The translations under genes and the position numbers were made by a program. A DNA stretch of 64,000 nucleotides, taken from positions 288,001-352,000 of the forward strand of contig OZ242029.1 in the NCBI GenBank assembly GCA_965205015.1, given 5' to 3'. How positions within the stretch are numbered: position 1 is the stretch's first letter; each line of letters opens with the position of its first letter. Below are positions 19,623 to 29,756 of this stretch, piece after piece. The DNA comes from Candidatus Poribacteria bacterium. Its GTDB lineage: Bacteria > Poribacteria > WGA-4E > WGA-3G. Under the pieces are notes generated by a model. That model did not search any database. It was given only the letters and a program-made list of their open reading frames with translations, and had not been told where the DNA came from.

Positions 19623-21506
19623 ATGACTAACAACTCAGGAAAAAATAACTTCATGGAAGCCCTTGCACGCCAGATTCTGGTGTGCGACGGGGCTATCGGA
19701 ACCGAACTCCGCAAACGGATTCCGTCATATCTACCATGTGTCGATGCCTGTAATATTTCTACAGAACACGCCGAGAAAGTTGTATCGGTTCATCGCGCTT
19801 ATATTGACGCGGGTGCTGATGTTATCCAAACGAATACCTATCAAGCAAACAGGGAAGCATTGGCAATTCACGGCTTGGCTGAACAGGTTGAAGAAATTAA
19901 CAGAACAGGTGTGTCCCTTGCACGAGCAGCGGCACAGGAGACATGCTATGTTGCTGGTGCCATCGGTCAAATTCCGTTCCAAACCTTAGAGACGCCAGTC
20001 CCAGCCACCAAGATAATCCGGCGACTTTTCAAGGAGCAGATGGACGCGCTCGTCGATGAAGGCGTTGATCTGCTCGTACTCGAAACTTTTGTCTCTCCAA
20101 AACAGGCAGAAATCGCTACAAAGCAAGCACTCACCTATGGTGTTCCTGTCGTCGTTGAAATCAGTGGCGTTTCAGGGGGGACTGTAGGCACTGGGGTAGA
20201 TGTTCGCGTCTTTGCCCAAGAACTGGAACAACTCGGCGCGCATGTAGTCGGCATCAATTGCAGAGGACCCCACGATCTCGTTGAGGCAATGGAGCTACTC
20301 GCGCCTGTCATCAAAGTCCCTATTGTCGTGCAACCGAACGCTGGTAATCCGAGAATAGAACAGGGCGAAATTGCCGTCTCTTACACAGTCGAGGCTGAAG
20401 TTTTTAGTGACTACATTGGAAAGTTAGTCGACCTTGGCGCGAACATGATCGGCGGCTGTTGCGGCACAACTCCCACATACACGGCAAAAATCCGACAGGC
20501 TGTCGCAGGGCGAAAACCCGTCCAACGAGAGCGACGTATTTTCGTACTCCCACAGATTACATCAACGTCCAAATCACCAACCGATAATCCTATTCAGCAA
20601 GTCTTTGAAACGCGCGAACGCATTGTCAGTGTAGAGATGCGCGCCAATACTTTTCCGCAATTGCGAGCGATGTTGAAAGAAGCAAAAAATCTCGCTGCAA
20701 TCGGTGTCGATTTATTTGATGTAACCGACAACTCCGGTGCCGCCGTGAACATCGGGGCTATCGCCACAGCCTATCAACTCCAGCAGGCAACCCAGATTCC
20801 GACGCTTATCCATTGGACAACCCGATCCCGGAATCTCATCAGTATGCAATCACATTTGCTGGAGGCGGAGGCATTGGGGATCCGAGGCATTGTCGCCTTA
20901 TCCGGCGACCATCCGAAAGCGGGACCTTATGAGACTGCCAGCCTCGTGCCGGATGTTCGCGGTGCGATTCAATTGATGCGACTCATCAACCGACTCAATC
21001 AAGGCGAACTCGCCGACGGCTCGTCGATCGGTGAACCGTGCGGTTTCTATTACGGCGGCGGCTTCACGATTGCTGAGAATTTGCAACCACACGTCAAGCA
21101 TCTCACAAATAAAGTGGCACATGGTGCGAAGTTCGCCTACACACAACCCGTCTGGACCTATGAGGATATCGTACGTGCGCAGCAGGCGACGGAACATCTC
21201 GATATAAAGATTCTCTACGGCATCCTTCCGCTTACGAGTTTCCGAAGCGCATCCTATCTACGCGACAATTTGGGACTTTACATCCCGCAGTTTATCGTTG
21301 ACAAATTCCGAGACCTCGGAGACATCAACGGACATGAACTCGGTATGCAACTGAGCTTAGAATTGGTTCAGGAGATCCGTAACCACAATGAATCCGCAAT
21401 CGACGGTATCTATTTGATCCCTCCTGCTCGCATGAATTGGAAAAACAGAGCCAGGGTCATTTCAGAAATCGTTAAAACTTATAGAGATGCACCCCTACGG
21501 GGTTGA
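19623..21506 (+). CDS. yitJ: Bifunctional homocysteine S-methyltransferase / 5,10-methylene-THF reductase
   Basis: DGAIGTEL, GINC, GGCCGTTP; C-terminal MTHFR (DVTDN, ALSGD, YTQPV). Confidence 0.85.
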   Translation: MTNNSGKNNFMEALARQILVCDGAIGTELRKRIPSYLPCVDACNISTEHAEKVVSVHRAYIDAGADVIQTNTYQANREALAIHGLAEQVEEINRTGVSLARAAAQETCYVAGAIGQIPFQTLETPVPATKIIRRLFKEQMDALVDEGVDLLVLETFVSPKQAEIATKQALTYGVPVVVEISGVSGGTVGTGVDVRVFAQELEQLGAHVVGINCRGPHDLVEAMELLAPVIKVPIVVQPNAGNPRIEQGEIAVSYTVEAEVFSDYIGKLVDLGANMIGGCCGTTPTYTAKIRQAVAGRKPVQRERRIFVLPQITSTSKSPTDNPIQQVFETRERIVSVEMRANTFPQLRAMLKEAKNLAAIGVDLFDVTDNSGAAVNIGAIATAYQLQQATQIPTLIHWTTRSRNLISMQSHLLEAEALGIRGIVALSGDHPKAGPYETASLVPDVRGAIQLMRLINRLNQGELADGSSIGEPCGFYYGGGFTIAENLQPHVKHLTNKVAHGAKFAYTQPVWTYEDIVRAQQATEHLDIKILYGILPLTSFRSASYLRDNLGLYIPQFIVDKFRDLGDINGHELGMQLSLELVQEIRNHNESAIDGIYLIPPARMNWKNRARVISEIVKTYRDAPLRG

Positions 21507-21570
21507 AGATTGAACAGTTCCCGAAACCGTAGCGCGTAATGAAAGAGAGAGCGGATACACGGAGAGACAC

Positions 21571-23514
21571 TTGAAACCCCTAACCCACCTCACCGAACCG
21601 CAAGGTAAAATTAAAACACGCATTACAGGGCGCTCGCTTCTCTTAGGGATCCTACTCATCCCAGTCAATGTCTATTGGATGACCCTTGTTGAGGTGAAGT
21701 ATTACTCCCTTGACGGTTCGTGCCTCCCCTTATTTATCCAACCTGTTTTCATCATGTTCGTCTGTGTTGTCGCTAACCTTGTATTGAAACGCATTGCCCC
21801 GCGACAGATGCTACAACAAGGAGAACTGCTCGCCATCTATATTATGGTCGCCATTTCCTGCACGTTTGCCGGACACGATACGATGCAAAATATGTTCGGC
21901 AGTATCGCGCACCCTTTCCGGTTCGCGACTGAAGAAAACGAGTGGCAGACCCTCTTTTTCCGGTATCTACCGGCGTGGCTCACTATTTCTGACGCGCAAA
22001 GTTTGCAGGGGTTTTACGAGGGAGAATCCACCTTCTATACGAACCATAACTTTACAGTTTGGACAAAACCGTTGCTGTTCTGGGGACTCTTTTTCCTGAT
22101 TATGATGTTTATGATGCTCTGCATCAACACACTCGTCCGGAAGCGGTGGGCAGAACAGGAAAAATTGGCGTATCCGATTATTCAACTTCCGCTCCGACTT
22201 TCGGAAGATGGCGGCATCAGTCTCCTCAAAAATCGGATGATGTGGATCGGATTCAGCATCGCTGTCGTCATCGGCGTGATTAACGGGGTTCACTACCTCT
22301 TTCCACAGTTCCCGGAGATCCCCTATATCAAACGGACAGCCGTCTTCCGAGACATCTTCACCGACCGTCCATGGAACGTTATTCGTGGCACTCGAATTTC
22401 CGTTTATCCCTTTGCAGTTGGCTTGGCGTTTTTCCTGCCGCTGGACCTTTCGTTTTCGTGCTGGTTTTTCTTTGTCGTTCGCTTAGCGGAATTCGTCATC
22501 GGGGCGGCACTCGGCACGCGCTATTTCCCTGCCCTCAACGAACAAGCCTACGGCGCATGGATCGCGCTCTTCCTACTCGCTGTTTGGGTCACACGACGTC
22601 ACCTGACTGAAGTCCTGAAAAAGGTGCTTGGGTTCAAATCGCGTCTCGATGATACAGACGAACCGATGCCGTACCGTGCCGCCTTCCTCGGAATACTCGG
22701 TTCGCTCGTCGCCCTCGGTGTCTTTTCCTCTATAGCCGGGATGTCTTTATGGGTGGCAGGCATTTTCTTTGGTATCTATTTCCTGCTCTCCTTTGCAATT
22801 ACCCGGGTCCGTGCTGAACTCGGCACACCTCATGAAATTTACTACGTCAATCCGCACGACATGCTGGCGACAGTCGGCGGCACTCGGCAGTTTGATACAA
22901 GCAGCCTCACCATCATGTCCCTTTTCTACTGGTTCAATCGCGGTTACCGGAACCACCCGATGCCGAATCAGATTGAGGCGTTTAAACTCGCCGAATCAAC
23001 GGGAATGGGTAACCGACGTTTATGGATGGCGATGCTAATCGCGATTATCGTCGGCATTCTGGTAACCTTCTGGGCAAACCTTGACATCACCTTCCGAAAC
23101 GGTGCGGTTGCGAAAGCAGGCGGGTTCAAGGGGTGGGTCGGCAGGGAATCGTTCAGTCGGCTGCAACGCTGGCTACATAACCCAACGGAACCGAACGTGA
23201 TCGGCATCGGTTTCATGGGCATTGGCGCGCTCCTGACGTTCGTGATGATGTATATGCGGATGCATTTCCTGTGGTGGCCCTTCCACCCAGCGGGCTATGC
23301 CCTCGCGATTAGTTTCGCCATGGATTACTTCTGGTTCGCCTTCTTCGTGGCATGGTTCCTAAAGTTGATGATTTTACGGCACGGCGGTTTACGGTTGCAT
23401 CGTCAAGTCGCACCGCTCTTTTTAGGACTCATCTTAGGCGATTACGTCATCGGTAGCATCTGGGCAATTATTGGACCTTCATTCGGTTTACGCACCTACA
23501 AAATCTTTATTTGA
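21571..23514 (+). CDS. DUF6785/DUF6784-type polytopic membrane protein (putative peptide transporter), paralog 1
   Basis: Many TM helices; WAEQEKLAYPI, RVRAELG, WWPFHPAGY, FLGLILGD; start uncertain. Confidence 0.7.
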   Translation: MKPLTHLTEPQGKIKTRITGRSLLLGILLIPVNVYWMTLVEVKYYSLDGSCLPLFIQPVFIMFVCVVANLVLKRIAPRQMLQQGELLAIYIMVAISCTFAGHDTMQNMFGSIAHPFRFATEENEWQTLFFRYLPAWLTISDAQSLQGFYEGESTFYTNHNFTVWTKPLLFWGLFFLIMMFMMLCINTLVRKRWAEQEKLAYPIIQLPLRLSEDGGISLLKNRMMWIGFSIAVVIGVINGVHYLFPQFPEIPYIKRTAVFRDIFTDRPWNVIRGTRISVYPFAVGLAFFLPLDLSFSCWFFFVVRLAEFVIGAALGTRYFPALNEQAYGAWIALFLLAVWVTRRHLTEVLKKVLGFKSRLDDTDEPMPYRAAFLGILGSLVALGVFSSIAGMSLWVAGIFFGIYFLLSFAITRVRAELGTPHEIYYVNPHDMLATVGGTRQFDTSSLTIMSLFYWFNRGYRNHPMPNQIEAFKLAESTGMGNRRLWMAMLIAIIVGILVTFWANLDITFRNGAVAKAGGFKGWVGRESFSRLQRWLHNPTEPNVIGIGFMGIGALLTFVMMYMRMHFLWWPFHPAGYALAISFAMDYFWFAFFVAWFLKLMILRHGGLRLHRQVAPLFLGLILGDYVIGSIWAIIGPSFGLRTYKIFI

Positions 23515-23525
23515 GGGCGAAAAAT

Positions 23526-24548
23526 ATGAATCTGCCCGTTGGAAAACTAAAACACGATTTTTTAAAAGAACTTCTGCCCACACACGACAGAAATACAAGC
23601 GTGGTCGTCGGTCCACAACTCGGTGAAGATGCCGCAGTCATAGAATTAGGGGATAACTATCTTGTTGCCACCAGTGACCCGATTACCTTCTCGACCGAAG
23701 ATATCGGGTGGTACGTGGTATGCGTCAATAGCAATGACATCGCCGCGATGGGGGCTGTGCCGAAATGGTTGCTGGTAACTTTATTGTTGCCCGAAGATGC
23801 GACGACACCCGCAATGGTTCGCGACATCATGGCACAGATCACGCAGGCATGTGCGGCGTTTGACATCGCGCTCTGTGGTGGACATACCGAAGTTACACCA
23901 GCCGTCACACAACCCGTTGTCATAGGACAGATGATGGGGGTTACCCACAAAAATGTCTTGTTCACTTCAGCGGACGCTTGCATAGGGGATGTTCTAATTC
24001 TCACAAAAGGGCTCGGCATTGAAGCGACAGCAATCATCGCGCGCGAGTGCGAAGATCAGTTGCGCGAAAAGTGCGATGCTCAATTCTTGGAGCAGGCGAA
24101 GAACTATCTTATGGACCCGGGAATTTCCGTGGTAAAGGATGCCCAAATCGCAATCGCCACAGGCGGTGTACACGCTATGCACGATGTCACAGAGGGCGGC
24201 GTCGCAACCGCCGTCTATGAGTTGGCAACCGCCGCCGAGTTAGGGGTGACCGTCTCTTCGGATAAACTTTTAGGCTCACCCCTCCTGTATGGAAACGTAA
24301 CACGGACGTTATGCGATATGTTTGGGCTTAACCCGCTCGGTGTCATTTCATCCGGTGCCATGCTAATAGCATCGGAACCCGAAAAAGGCGAAACAATCTG
24401 CCAAGCCCTCGGTATGGCGGGTATCCGCGCAGAGATTATCGGACAGTTTCTGCCACCTGAGCACGGATTGTGGTTGAAAGATGCCACCGGCACACAACAC
24501 CCCCTCCCTATTTTTGAGACGGACGAAATCGCTAAACTTTTTATCTGA
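23526..24548 (+). CDS. AIR synthase-related (HypE-like) protein
   Basis: GEDAAV, SDPIT, NDIAAMG, GGHTE, MHDVTEGG. Confidence 0.85.
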   Translation: MNLPVGKLKHDFLKELLPTHDRNTSVVVGPQLGEDAAVIELGDNYLVATSDPITFSTEDIGWYVVCVNSNDIAAMGAVPKWLLVTLLLPEDATTPAMVRDIMAQITQACAAFDIALCGGHTEVTPAVTQPVVIGQMMGVTHKNVLFTSADACIGDVLILTKGLGIEATAIIARECEDQLREKCDAQFLEQAKNYLMDPGISVVKDAQIAIATGGVHAMHDVTEGGVATAVYELATAAELGVTVSSDKLLGSPLLYGNVTRTLCDMFGLNPLGVISSGAMLIASEPEKGETICQALGMAGIRAEIIGQFLPPEHGLWLKDATGTQHPLPIFETDEIAKLFI

Positions 24549-24715
24549 ATTTCAAACCGTTGACCTGACCATAGAAGTTTTTTCTTCAAATTCTAAAAAA
24601 TTCTGAAATTTACCCTAAACTTTTCCAGTTTCATCTGTATAATTAATATAGGGGGCGTTTTACCTATCGTGAAAAACATTCATGTTTCAACGCCTGAAAC
24701 AAAAAGGGGGAACTC

Positions 24716-25069
24716 ATGCTAACTCTAATGCGCTGGAAAGGTGGTATCCCGATTGTGGAACCGAATCAAAAAATCATAGGAACCGCATCATCACAGTTGC
24801 GGGAAAGACTCGTTTCACAGATAGATGCTTCTCATACATCGTGCATTATCATCAATTTCGCTCGCGTTGACAAAATAGACAGTTCGGGGCTCGGGGCTTT
24901 GGTAAGTGCATATATTGTGGCGAAGCAAAAAAAGGGACGTATTGGGATCATCAATGTCGGGAGAAACATCAAAAGTCTGATTGTCCAAAGTTGGCTCATT
25001 AATACCTTTGAGCATTTTGAGGATGAGGACACTGCCGTGGCAGCATTGTCGGTCCCCACTAAGTTTTGA
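24716..25069 (+). CDS. STAS-domain anti-sigma factor antagonist
   Basis: IDSSGLGALV motif, 117 aa. Confidence 0.85.
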   Translation: MLTLMRWKGGIPIVEPNQKIIGTASSQLRERLVSQIDASHTSCIIINFARVDKIDSSGLGALVSAYIVAKQKKGRIGIINVGRNIKSLIVQSWLINTFEHFEDEDTAVAALSVPTKF

Positions 25070-25147
25070 AGGGAAAGCAGCCGGCTGGCAGTTTACTATG
25101 GTGAATTATCAAAATATGTGGACATCCCGTAGGGGTGCCCCTTGTGG

Positions 25148-25241
25148 GTACCCCCAAATTCACCGTTCATGTACCCTATAAATTCACCGTTCATGTACCC
25201 TATAAATTCACCGTTCACGTACCCTTAAATTCACCGTTCAC
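25148..25241 (+). repeat. 24-bp tandem repeat, about 4 units (AAATTCACCGTTCATGTACCCTAT)
   Basis: Direct reading; abuts a GTAG REP hairpin at 25129-25154. Confidence 0.9.
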
Positions 25242-25255
25242 AATGTCTAAGTAAT

Positions 25256-25348
25256 TAGAACTTACGCAATTTCTATGGAAGACCTACGGCCCACACGCCG
25301 CTGGCGAAGTTTCAAACCTCGCCAGCAAAGGATGCTGCGTAAGTCCTG
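25256..25348. mobile_element. 93-bp MITE, copy A
   Basis: TIRs TAGAACTTACGCA / TGCGTAAGTCCTG; 5-bp TSD GTAAT; homologous to 63390-63482 (inverted). Confidence 0.85.
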
Positions 25349-25393
25349 GTAATTCTAAAATCCACCATAAATACCCTCACCTCAAGATAAGTA

Positions 25394-25422
25394 TTGACTT
25401 CGCGCTGTAAAAATGGTAAAAT
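25394..25422 (+). promoter_or_regulatory. Sigma70 promoter with extended -10
   Basis: TTGACT-17-(TGG)TAAAAT. Confidence 0.55.
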
Positions 25423-25507
25423 AAATATCAGATGTAGTGCCCCACGTTTTATAGATTTTGATAACTGTGTAGAAATCTGAATCTTTCCGGAAGTGGAGGA
25501 CAAATAG

Positions 25508-26158
25508 ATGGCTTTGAGATGTCAATTGGGCACTGTAAAATGTCCGTCGTATAAACATCAGGGCATTTTTCAACCAGATAATGAAACGGTGAAATCCTTT
25601 TTGCCGGATTTGAACCACTGTGCAACGTGCACAGCGGCTGCGCCGCCGAAACGCCCGGATCTCCAAGACGACCTACTACAAATTGCCGCACTGGCACTTC
25701 TTGAAAAGGGACCAGGGTTCGATCCTACCCATGAAAGTGGTGCGCAGTTCGGGAGTTTCATTCGTCCGCATATCTGTGGCGCTTTGACGAACGCGAAAGG
25801 CAAAGAACTCACCCATAGCAATCGTGAGTGCCTTGATTTTAATGGAAACGTATCCCCGTCCAAGGAAGCAGCGACTGAAATCAATCAGGATATTAACTGG
25901 CTGTGGGAGGTGCCAGACCCGGACGCTGCCTTTGAGGATAAACTCATCCGAGACCTCAGTTTTGCCGCTGCGTTGCCGGCACTCCTGAAAATCCTGACCC
26001 CCCGTGAACGAGAAATTTTCGGATGCATTCGTGAGAATCAGCAAAATTTTGAGATCGCCGAGGTATTGAAAATTTCTGAATCGCGCGTGAGTCAATTGGT
26101 GAAGCAAGTGACACTGAAATTGGCGGGGGCAGCACGAAAACTGGGTTTAGCAAACTAA
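25508..26158 (+). CDS. Sigma-70 family sigma factor (FliA-like regions 2 and 4) with Cys-rich N-terminus
   Basis: DDLLQIAALAL...FDP...F..FIRPHI; LTPREREI, EIAEVLKISESRVSQL. Confidence 0.75.
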   Translation: MALRCQLGTVKCPSYKHQGIFQPDNETVKSFLPDLNHCATCTAAAPPKRPDLQDDLLQIAALALLEKGPGFDPTHESGAQFGSFIRPHICGALTNAKGKELTHSNRECLDFNGNVSPSKEAATEINQDINWLWEVPDPDAAFEDKLIRDLSFAAALPALLKILTPREREIFGCIRENQQNFEIAEVLKISESRVSQLVKQVTLKLAGAARKLGLAN

Positions 26159-26315
26159 CTATTTTTCGGAGGCAGTATCTTGAAAATAAGCATATTTCAG
26201 ACATAAAGGCGATTGTTGACCCCGGTAGTGATACTGGAGCGCAATCGCCTTTTCTCTTGAATGTGCCCCTTAACCTTTGCCGTAGCGAGGCAATGCAGGA
26301 AATGCATCTGACAAA

Positions 26316-26978
26316 ATGGACTTGCAAGATTACCCCCTCACCAGTACCGTCATCAAATTGAAAACCGGTCGGGTCCAACTCACCCTGATAGAAGAACCCG
26401 ATTGGTTCCTTGAAAAACTCAGTCAAGAGGACCACCAAGGCAAACTCTACCTTCCTTACTGGACCTATCTCTGGGAGTCTTCAATCGGTCTCGCCCGTCA
26501 TATAGAGAAAATAGGTACGCGCCTAAAAAATGCGCATATCTTAGAAATCGGATGCGGATTCGGACTGGCAGGAATTGTCGCCTGTCAGATGGGGGCGCGC
26601 GTGGTTTTCACGGACGCAGTACAGACGGCGCTCCGCTTCGCACATCACAACGCCGAGCAGAACGGGGTCAGCCAACGTGCCGATTTCGTCCAGATGGATT
26701 GGAACACCCCCTGCTTTAACCGTCAATTTCCATATATCCTCGCCGCCGATGTCATTTACGAAGAACCCCATTGGATACCGATCCTGACGCTACTTCAAGA
26801 GTACCTCAACCAGAAGGGTGTTGCCCTCTTTTCTGAACCGCATCGCAGCAACGCGTCCGGTTTTTTTAAACTGCTGACTGACAACGGCTTCGTTTACCGA
26901 AAAACCTCCTGCCCTGTCACATTGGACAGACAAACCTCTCAAGTCGGTATCTATTCTGTACGACGTGTGAGGGCATGA
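26316..26978 (+). CDS. Class I SAM methyltransferase (Methyltransf_16, protein-lysine type)
   Basis: PYWTYLWESS, LEIGCGFG, AADVIYE. Confidence 0.85.
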   Translation: MDLQDYPLTSTVIKLKTGRVQLTLIEEPDWFLEKLSQEDHQGKLYLPYWTYLWESSIGLARHIEKIGTRLKNAHILEIGCGFGLAGIVACQMGARVVFTDAVQTALRFAHHNAEQNGVSQRADFVQMDWNTPCFNRQFPYILAADVIYEEPHWIPILTLLQEYLNQKGVALFSEPHRSNASGFFKLLTDNGFVYRKTSCPVTLDRQTSQVGIYSVRRVRA

Positions 26979-27032
26979 ATGGCATTGTCATTGTAATAGC
27001 CTCTCCAACCTTCCAATCCTCTTCTTCCATAT

Positions 27033-27081
27033 TGCCCAAAAAACAGGAAAAAACGCTCGTACTCTGCTAAAAAAATAGGCA
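27033..27081. promoter_or_regulatory. Pair of NtrC-like enhancer sites
   Basis: TGCCCAAAAAACAGGAA (27033, imperfect) and TGCTAAAAAAATAGGCA (27065, TGC-N11-GCA), 32 bp apart, upstream of a sigma54 promoter. Confidence 0.55.
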
Positions 27082-27165
27082 AAAATTCGCGCGCCATGGA
27101 CTTTTCGTTGGGTTTCCGTTTGGCAGAAGTGTGATGCACCTTAGGAAAATCAATGTTCTATACTT

Positions 27166-27182
27166 TTGGCAAGGTTTTTGCT
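27166..27182 (+). promoter_or_regulatory. Sigma54 promoter of nasT
   Basis: TTGGCAAGGTTTTTGCT (GG-N10-GC). Confidence 0.75.
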
Positions 27183-27256
27183 AATGCTATATTGAGGTTA
27201 ACATTCCTCGTTGTTTCAGCACATTTACGCGGAAAAAACTTGGGAAAGGGTGGAGA

Positions 27257-27865
27257 ATGGAAGCAGTCACCTCAACGACAAAGGGGCGAATTCTAATCAT
27301 TGATAACAATCCCGAGCGCGCACATTCGTTAATCCAGATACTGGAAGCAAGCCGCTACAAAGTCGCTGTCCCTGTGCGTCTACAGGAAGGTTTAACGGAT
27401 CAAGTTACACAGATAAAGCCAGACATCATATTGATCGGCGTTGACTTCCCGGGACAGACGATTCTCCGTTGGGTTGCAGCTCTGCACGAGAGCTACCCGT
27501 GTCCGACAGTCATGTTTTCACGTGATGAGCGATCGGAAACAATTCAGGCAGCGACGCGGGCGGGTGTCTCCGCATATGCCGTCGGGAAACTTACGGGTGC
27601 CCGAGTGAAAACCATCATTGAGGCAGCCGTCGCCCGATTCTATGAATACCGGGCATTGCAAGAAGAACTTGAAAAAACAAAAACAAACCTTGCCGAACGC
27701 AAAATCATTGAACGTGCGAAGGAAGTGGTCGCACAGCAACGCGGCTGCAACGAATCACAAGCGTATCAAATTTTGCGGAAGATGGCGATGAATCGTAGAA
27801 AACGGCTCGCAGAAATCTCACAAGATGTACTGTCTGTCGCCGATGTATTAACGAACAAATTGTAG
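27257..27865 (+). CDS. nasT: ANTAR-domain response regulator (NasT-like antiterminator)
   Basis: Pseudo-receiver plus LAERKIIERAK...AYQILRKMAMNRR ANTAR domain; precedes nitrate assimilation genes. Confidence 0.85.
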   Translation: MEAVTSTTKGRILIIDNNPERAHSLIQILEASRYKVAVPVRLQEGLTDQVTQIKPDIILIGVDFPGQTILRWVAALHESYPCPTVMFSRDERSETIQAATRAGVSAYAVGKLTGARVKTIIEAAVARFYEYRALQEELEKTKTNLAERKIIERAKEVVAQQRGCNESQAYQILRKMAMNRRKRLAEISQDVLSVADVLTNKL

Positions 27866-28031
27866 AAGTAGTGCCTGTTCAAGGGTGAACAACATATTCA
27901 CATCAGCACTCCTGATTTTCTCAGAATACGCCTGATGTGTCCCGCACTACTGTGATGATACCGATAAAATCTAACCAAAGGTGGAATGCAAAATAAAGGC
28001 AAATTGTGCCGCGATGGCATAATTTGGGTCT

Positions 28032-28092
28032 GGACACAGGTGTCCGTTCAGCTGAGCCTTATGCTCGCTGATGGATGCCTTTTTTATTTTTT
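28032..28092 (+). terminator. ANTAR target hairpin overlapping an intrinsic terminator (nirA leader attenuator)
   Basis: GGAC-ACAGGT-GTCC hexaloop (A1,G4); AGGTGTCCGTTCAGC pairs with GCTGATGGATGCCT followed by a T-tract. Confidence 0.7.
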
Positions 28093-28119
28093 ACCACCGA
28101 ACCGCAAGGAAAATGTAAA

Positions 28120-29712
28120 ATGGTGAGCCCATCAAAAAAGAAAGCGACTTCCACACGCCGAGGGATGCGTTCAGCACCAAGTTTGAAAAGCGCAACGGTT
28201 TCCAAAAAAGCAAAGTCCAAGATAAATGCTGCGGAAGCCTTGAAGCAAGAGAAAAACGGACTTGAAGTCATCAATGACATCCCGAACTATATTCGGGACG
28301 GTTGGGAATCTATTCCCCCGAACGAACGCGATCGGCTTAAGTGGGTCGGTGTTTTTTTCCGAAAGCAAACCCCTGGCGCATTCATGATGCGGCTCCGTAT
28401 GTCAAGCGGTTTTAGCAATGCCGAGCAGCTTCGCGCTATTGCTGAAATCAGCGAAGCACACGGACCCGGATTCGTCGATCTCACGACGCGCCAGCAGATC
28501 CAACTTCGAGGGTTCGCGATTGAGAATGTCCAACATATCTGGAATCGGCTTGAAGAGGTCGGTTTAGGTTCACTCCAAACGGGTTTCGACAACATTCGCG
28601 GTGTCATCGGATGTCCCGTTGCCGGGTTGACACCGAATGAACTCTTTGATGCCTCGCCTGTCGGCAGGGAATTCACAAAACTCTTTGTCGGCAATAAGGA
28701 ATTCACCGATATTCCGCGGAAGTTTAATGTTGGTATCACAGGATGCTTGGATAACTGCACGCATACCGCCTCGCAGGATATCGCCCTCACACCAGCGGTC
28801 AAAGAGATTGACGGTGAAAAAACAAACGGCTTTAATGTCGCAGTCGGTGGAAAGATGGGCTCCGGCGGCTATACGCCCGCGCAACCCCTTGACGTGTTTA
28901 TTACGCCGAAAGAAGCCTCCATTTTGTGTGCGGATATTACGTTAATTTTTCGAGATCACGGACCTCGGACAGCTCGCAATAAATCTCGCCTTGCTTTTCT
29001 GATTGCCGATTGGGGGGTAGGAAAATTCCGAGAAGAATTAGAAAGGCGTCGACACAGAAAGCAGCCGCTCCTGACTGCGGGGAAAGAGGCACGCGGTAAG
29101 AAAAAGACGGATCACACCGGTATCTTCTCACAGAAACAGCCGGGGCTCAACTACGTCGGGCTTGTTGTCCCAGTCGGACGGATTACAACGACACAACTCT
29201 CCGAGGTCGCACGGATCGCAGATGCATACGGCAACGGCGACATCCGTCTTACACAAGGACAGAATCTGATTATCACGAATGTGCCAGACGCAAAAATCGG
29301 AGACCTCACCGCAGAACCGCTCCTACAGGAACTCCGCTATGATCCCTCGGAAGTTATGCGCGGCATGGTGAGTTGCACCGGCATCGACTATTGCCACTTC
29401 TCGCTGATTGAAACCAAAGAACGCGCCATGGAAGCGATCCGACATCTGGAGGCGAAACTCGGCAATACCAAACCGCTTACGATACACTGGTCGGGATGTC
29501 CAAACGGATGTGGCAATCACGCCGCCGCAGACATCGGACTCCTCGGCAAGAAAACCAAAATTGATGGGGTCGTCACCGATGCGGTGGACGTATTCCTCAA
29601 GGGGGATGCTGGAGCAAATCCGAAAATCGCACCGAAGGTCTTGGAGAATATACCCTGCGATGAACTACCGCAAGTGCTTGAGGGACTCGTTCCTTACCTT
29701 TCACGTAGATAG
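28120..29712 (+). CDS. nirA: Ferredoxin-nitrite reductase
   Basis: FMMRLR, LTTRQQIQLR, PRKFN, CTGIDYC, SGCPNGC siroheme/4Fe-4S ligands. Confidence 0.9.
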   Translation: MVSPSKKKATSTRRGMRSAPSLKSATVSKKAKSKINAAEALKQEKNGLEVINDIPNYIRDGWESIPPNERDRLKWVGVFFRKQTPGAFMMRLRMSSGFSNAEQLRAIAEISEAHGPGFVDLTTRQQIQLRGFAIENVQHIWNRLEEVGLGSLQTGFDNIRGVIGCPVAGLTPNELFDASPVGREFTKLFVGNKEFTDIPRKFNVGITGCLDNCTHTASQDIALTPAVKEIDGEKTNGFNVAVGGKMGSGGYTPAQPLDVFITPKEASILCADITLIFRDHGPRTARNKSRLAFLIADWGVGKFREELERRRHRKQPLLTAGKEARGKKKTDHTGIFSQKQPGLNYVGLVVPVGRITTTQLSEVARIADAYGNGDIRLTQGQNLIITNVPDAKIGDLTAEPLLQELRYDPSEVMRGMVSCTGIDYCHFSLIETKERAMEAIRHLEAKLGNTKPLTIHWSGCPNGCGNHAAADIGLLGKKTKIDGVVTDAVDVFLKGDAGANPKIAPKVLENIPCDELPQVLEGLVPYLSRR

Positions 29713-29756
29713 AAACCTCCAACCTACCTCACCGAACCGCAAGGAAAATTAAAAAT

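Noticed and set aside
25148-25241. 24-bp repeats as a CRISPR array
   Set aside because: Units are directly adjacent with no unique spacers, and there are no cas genes in the window
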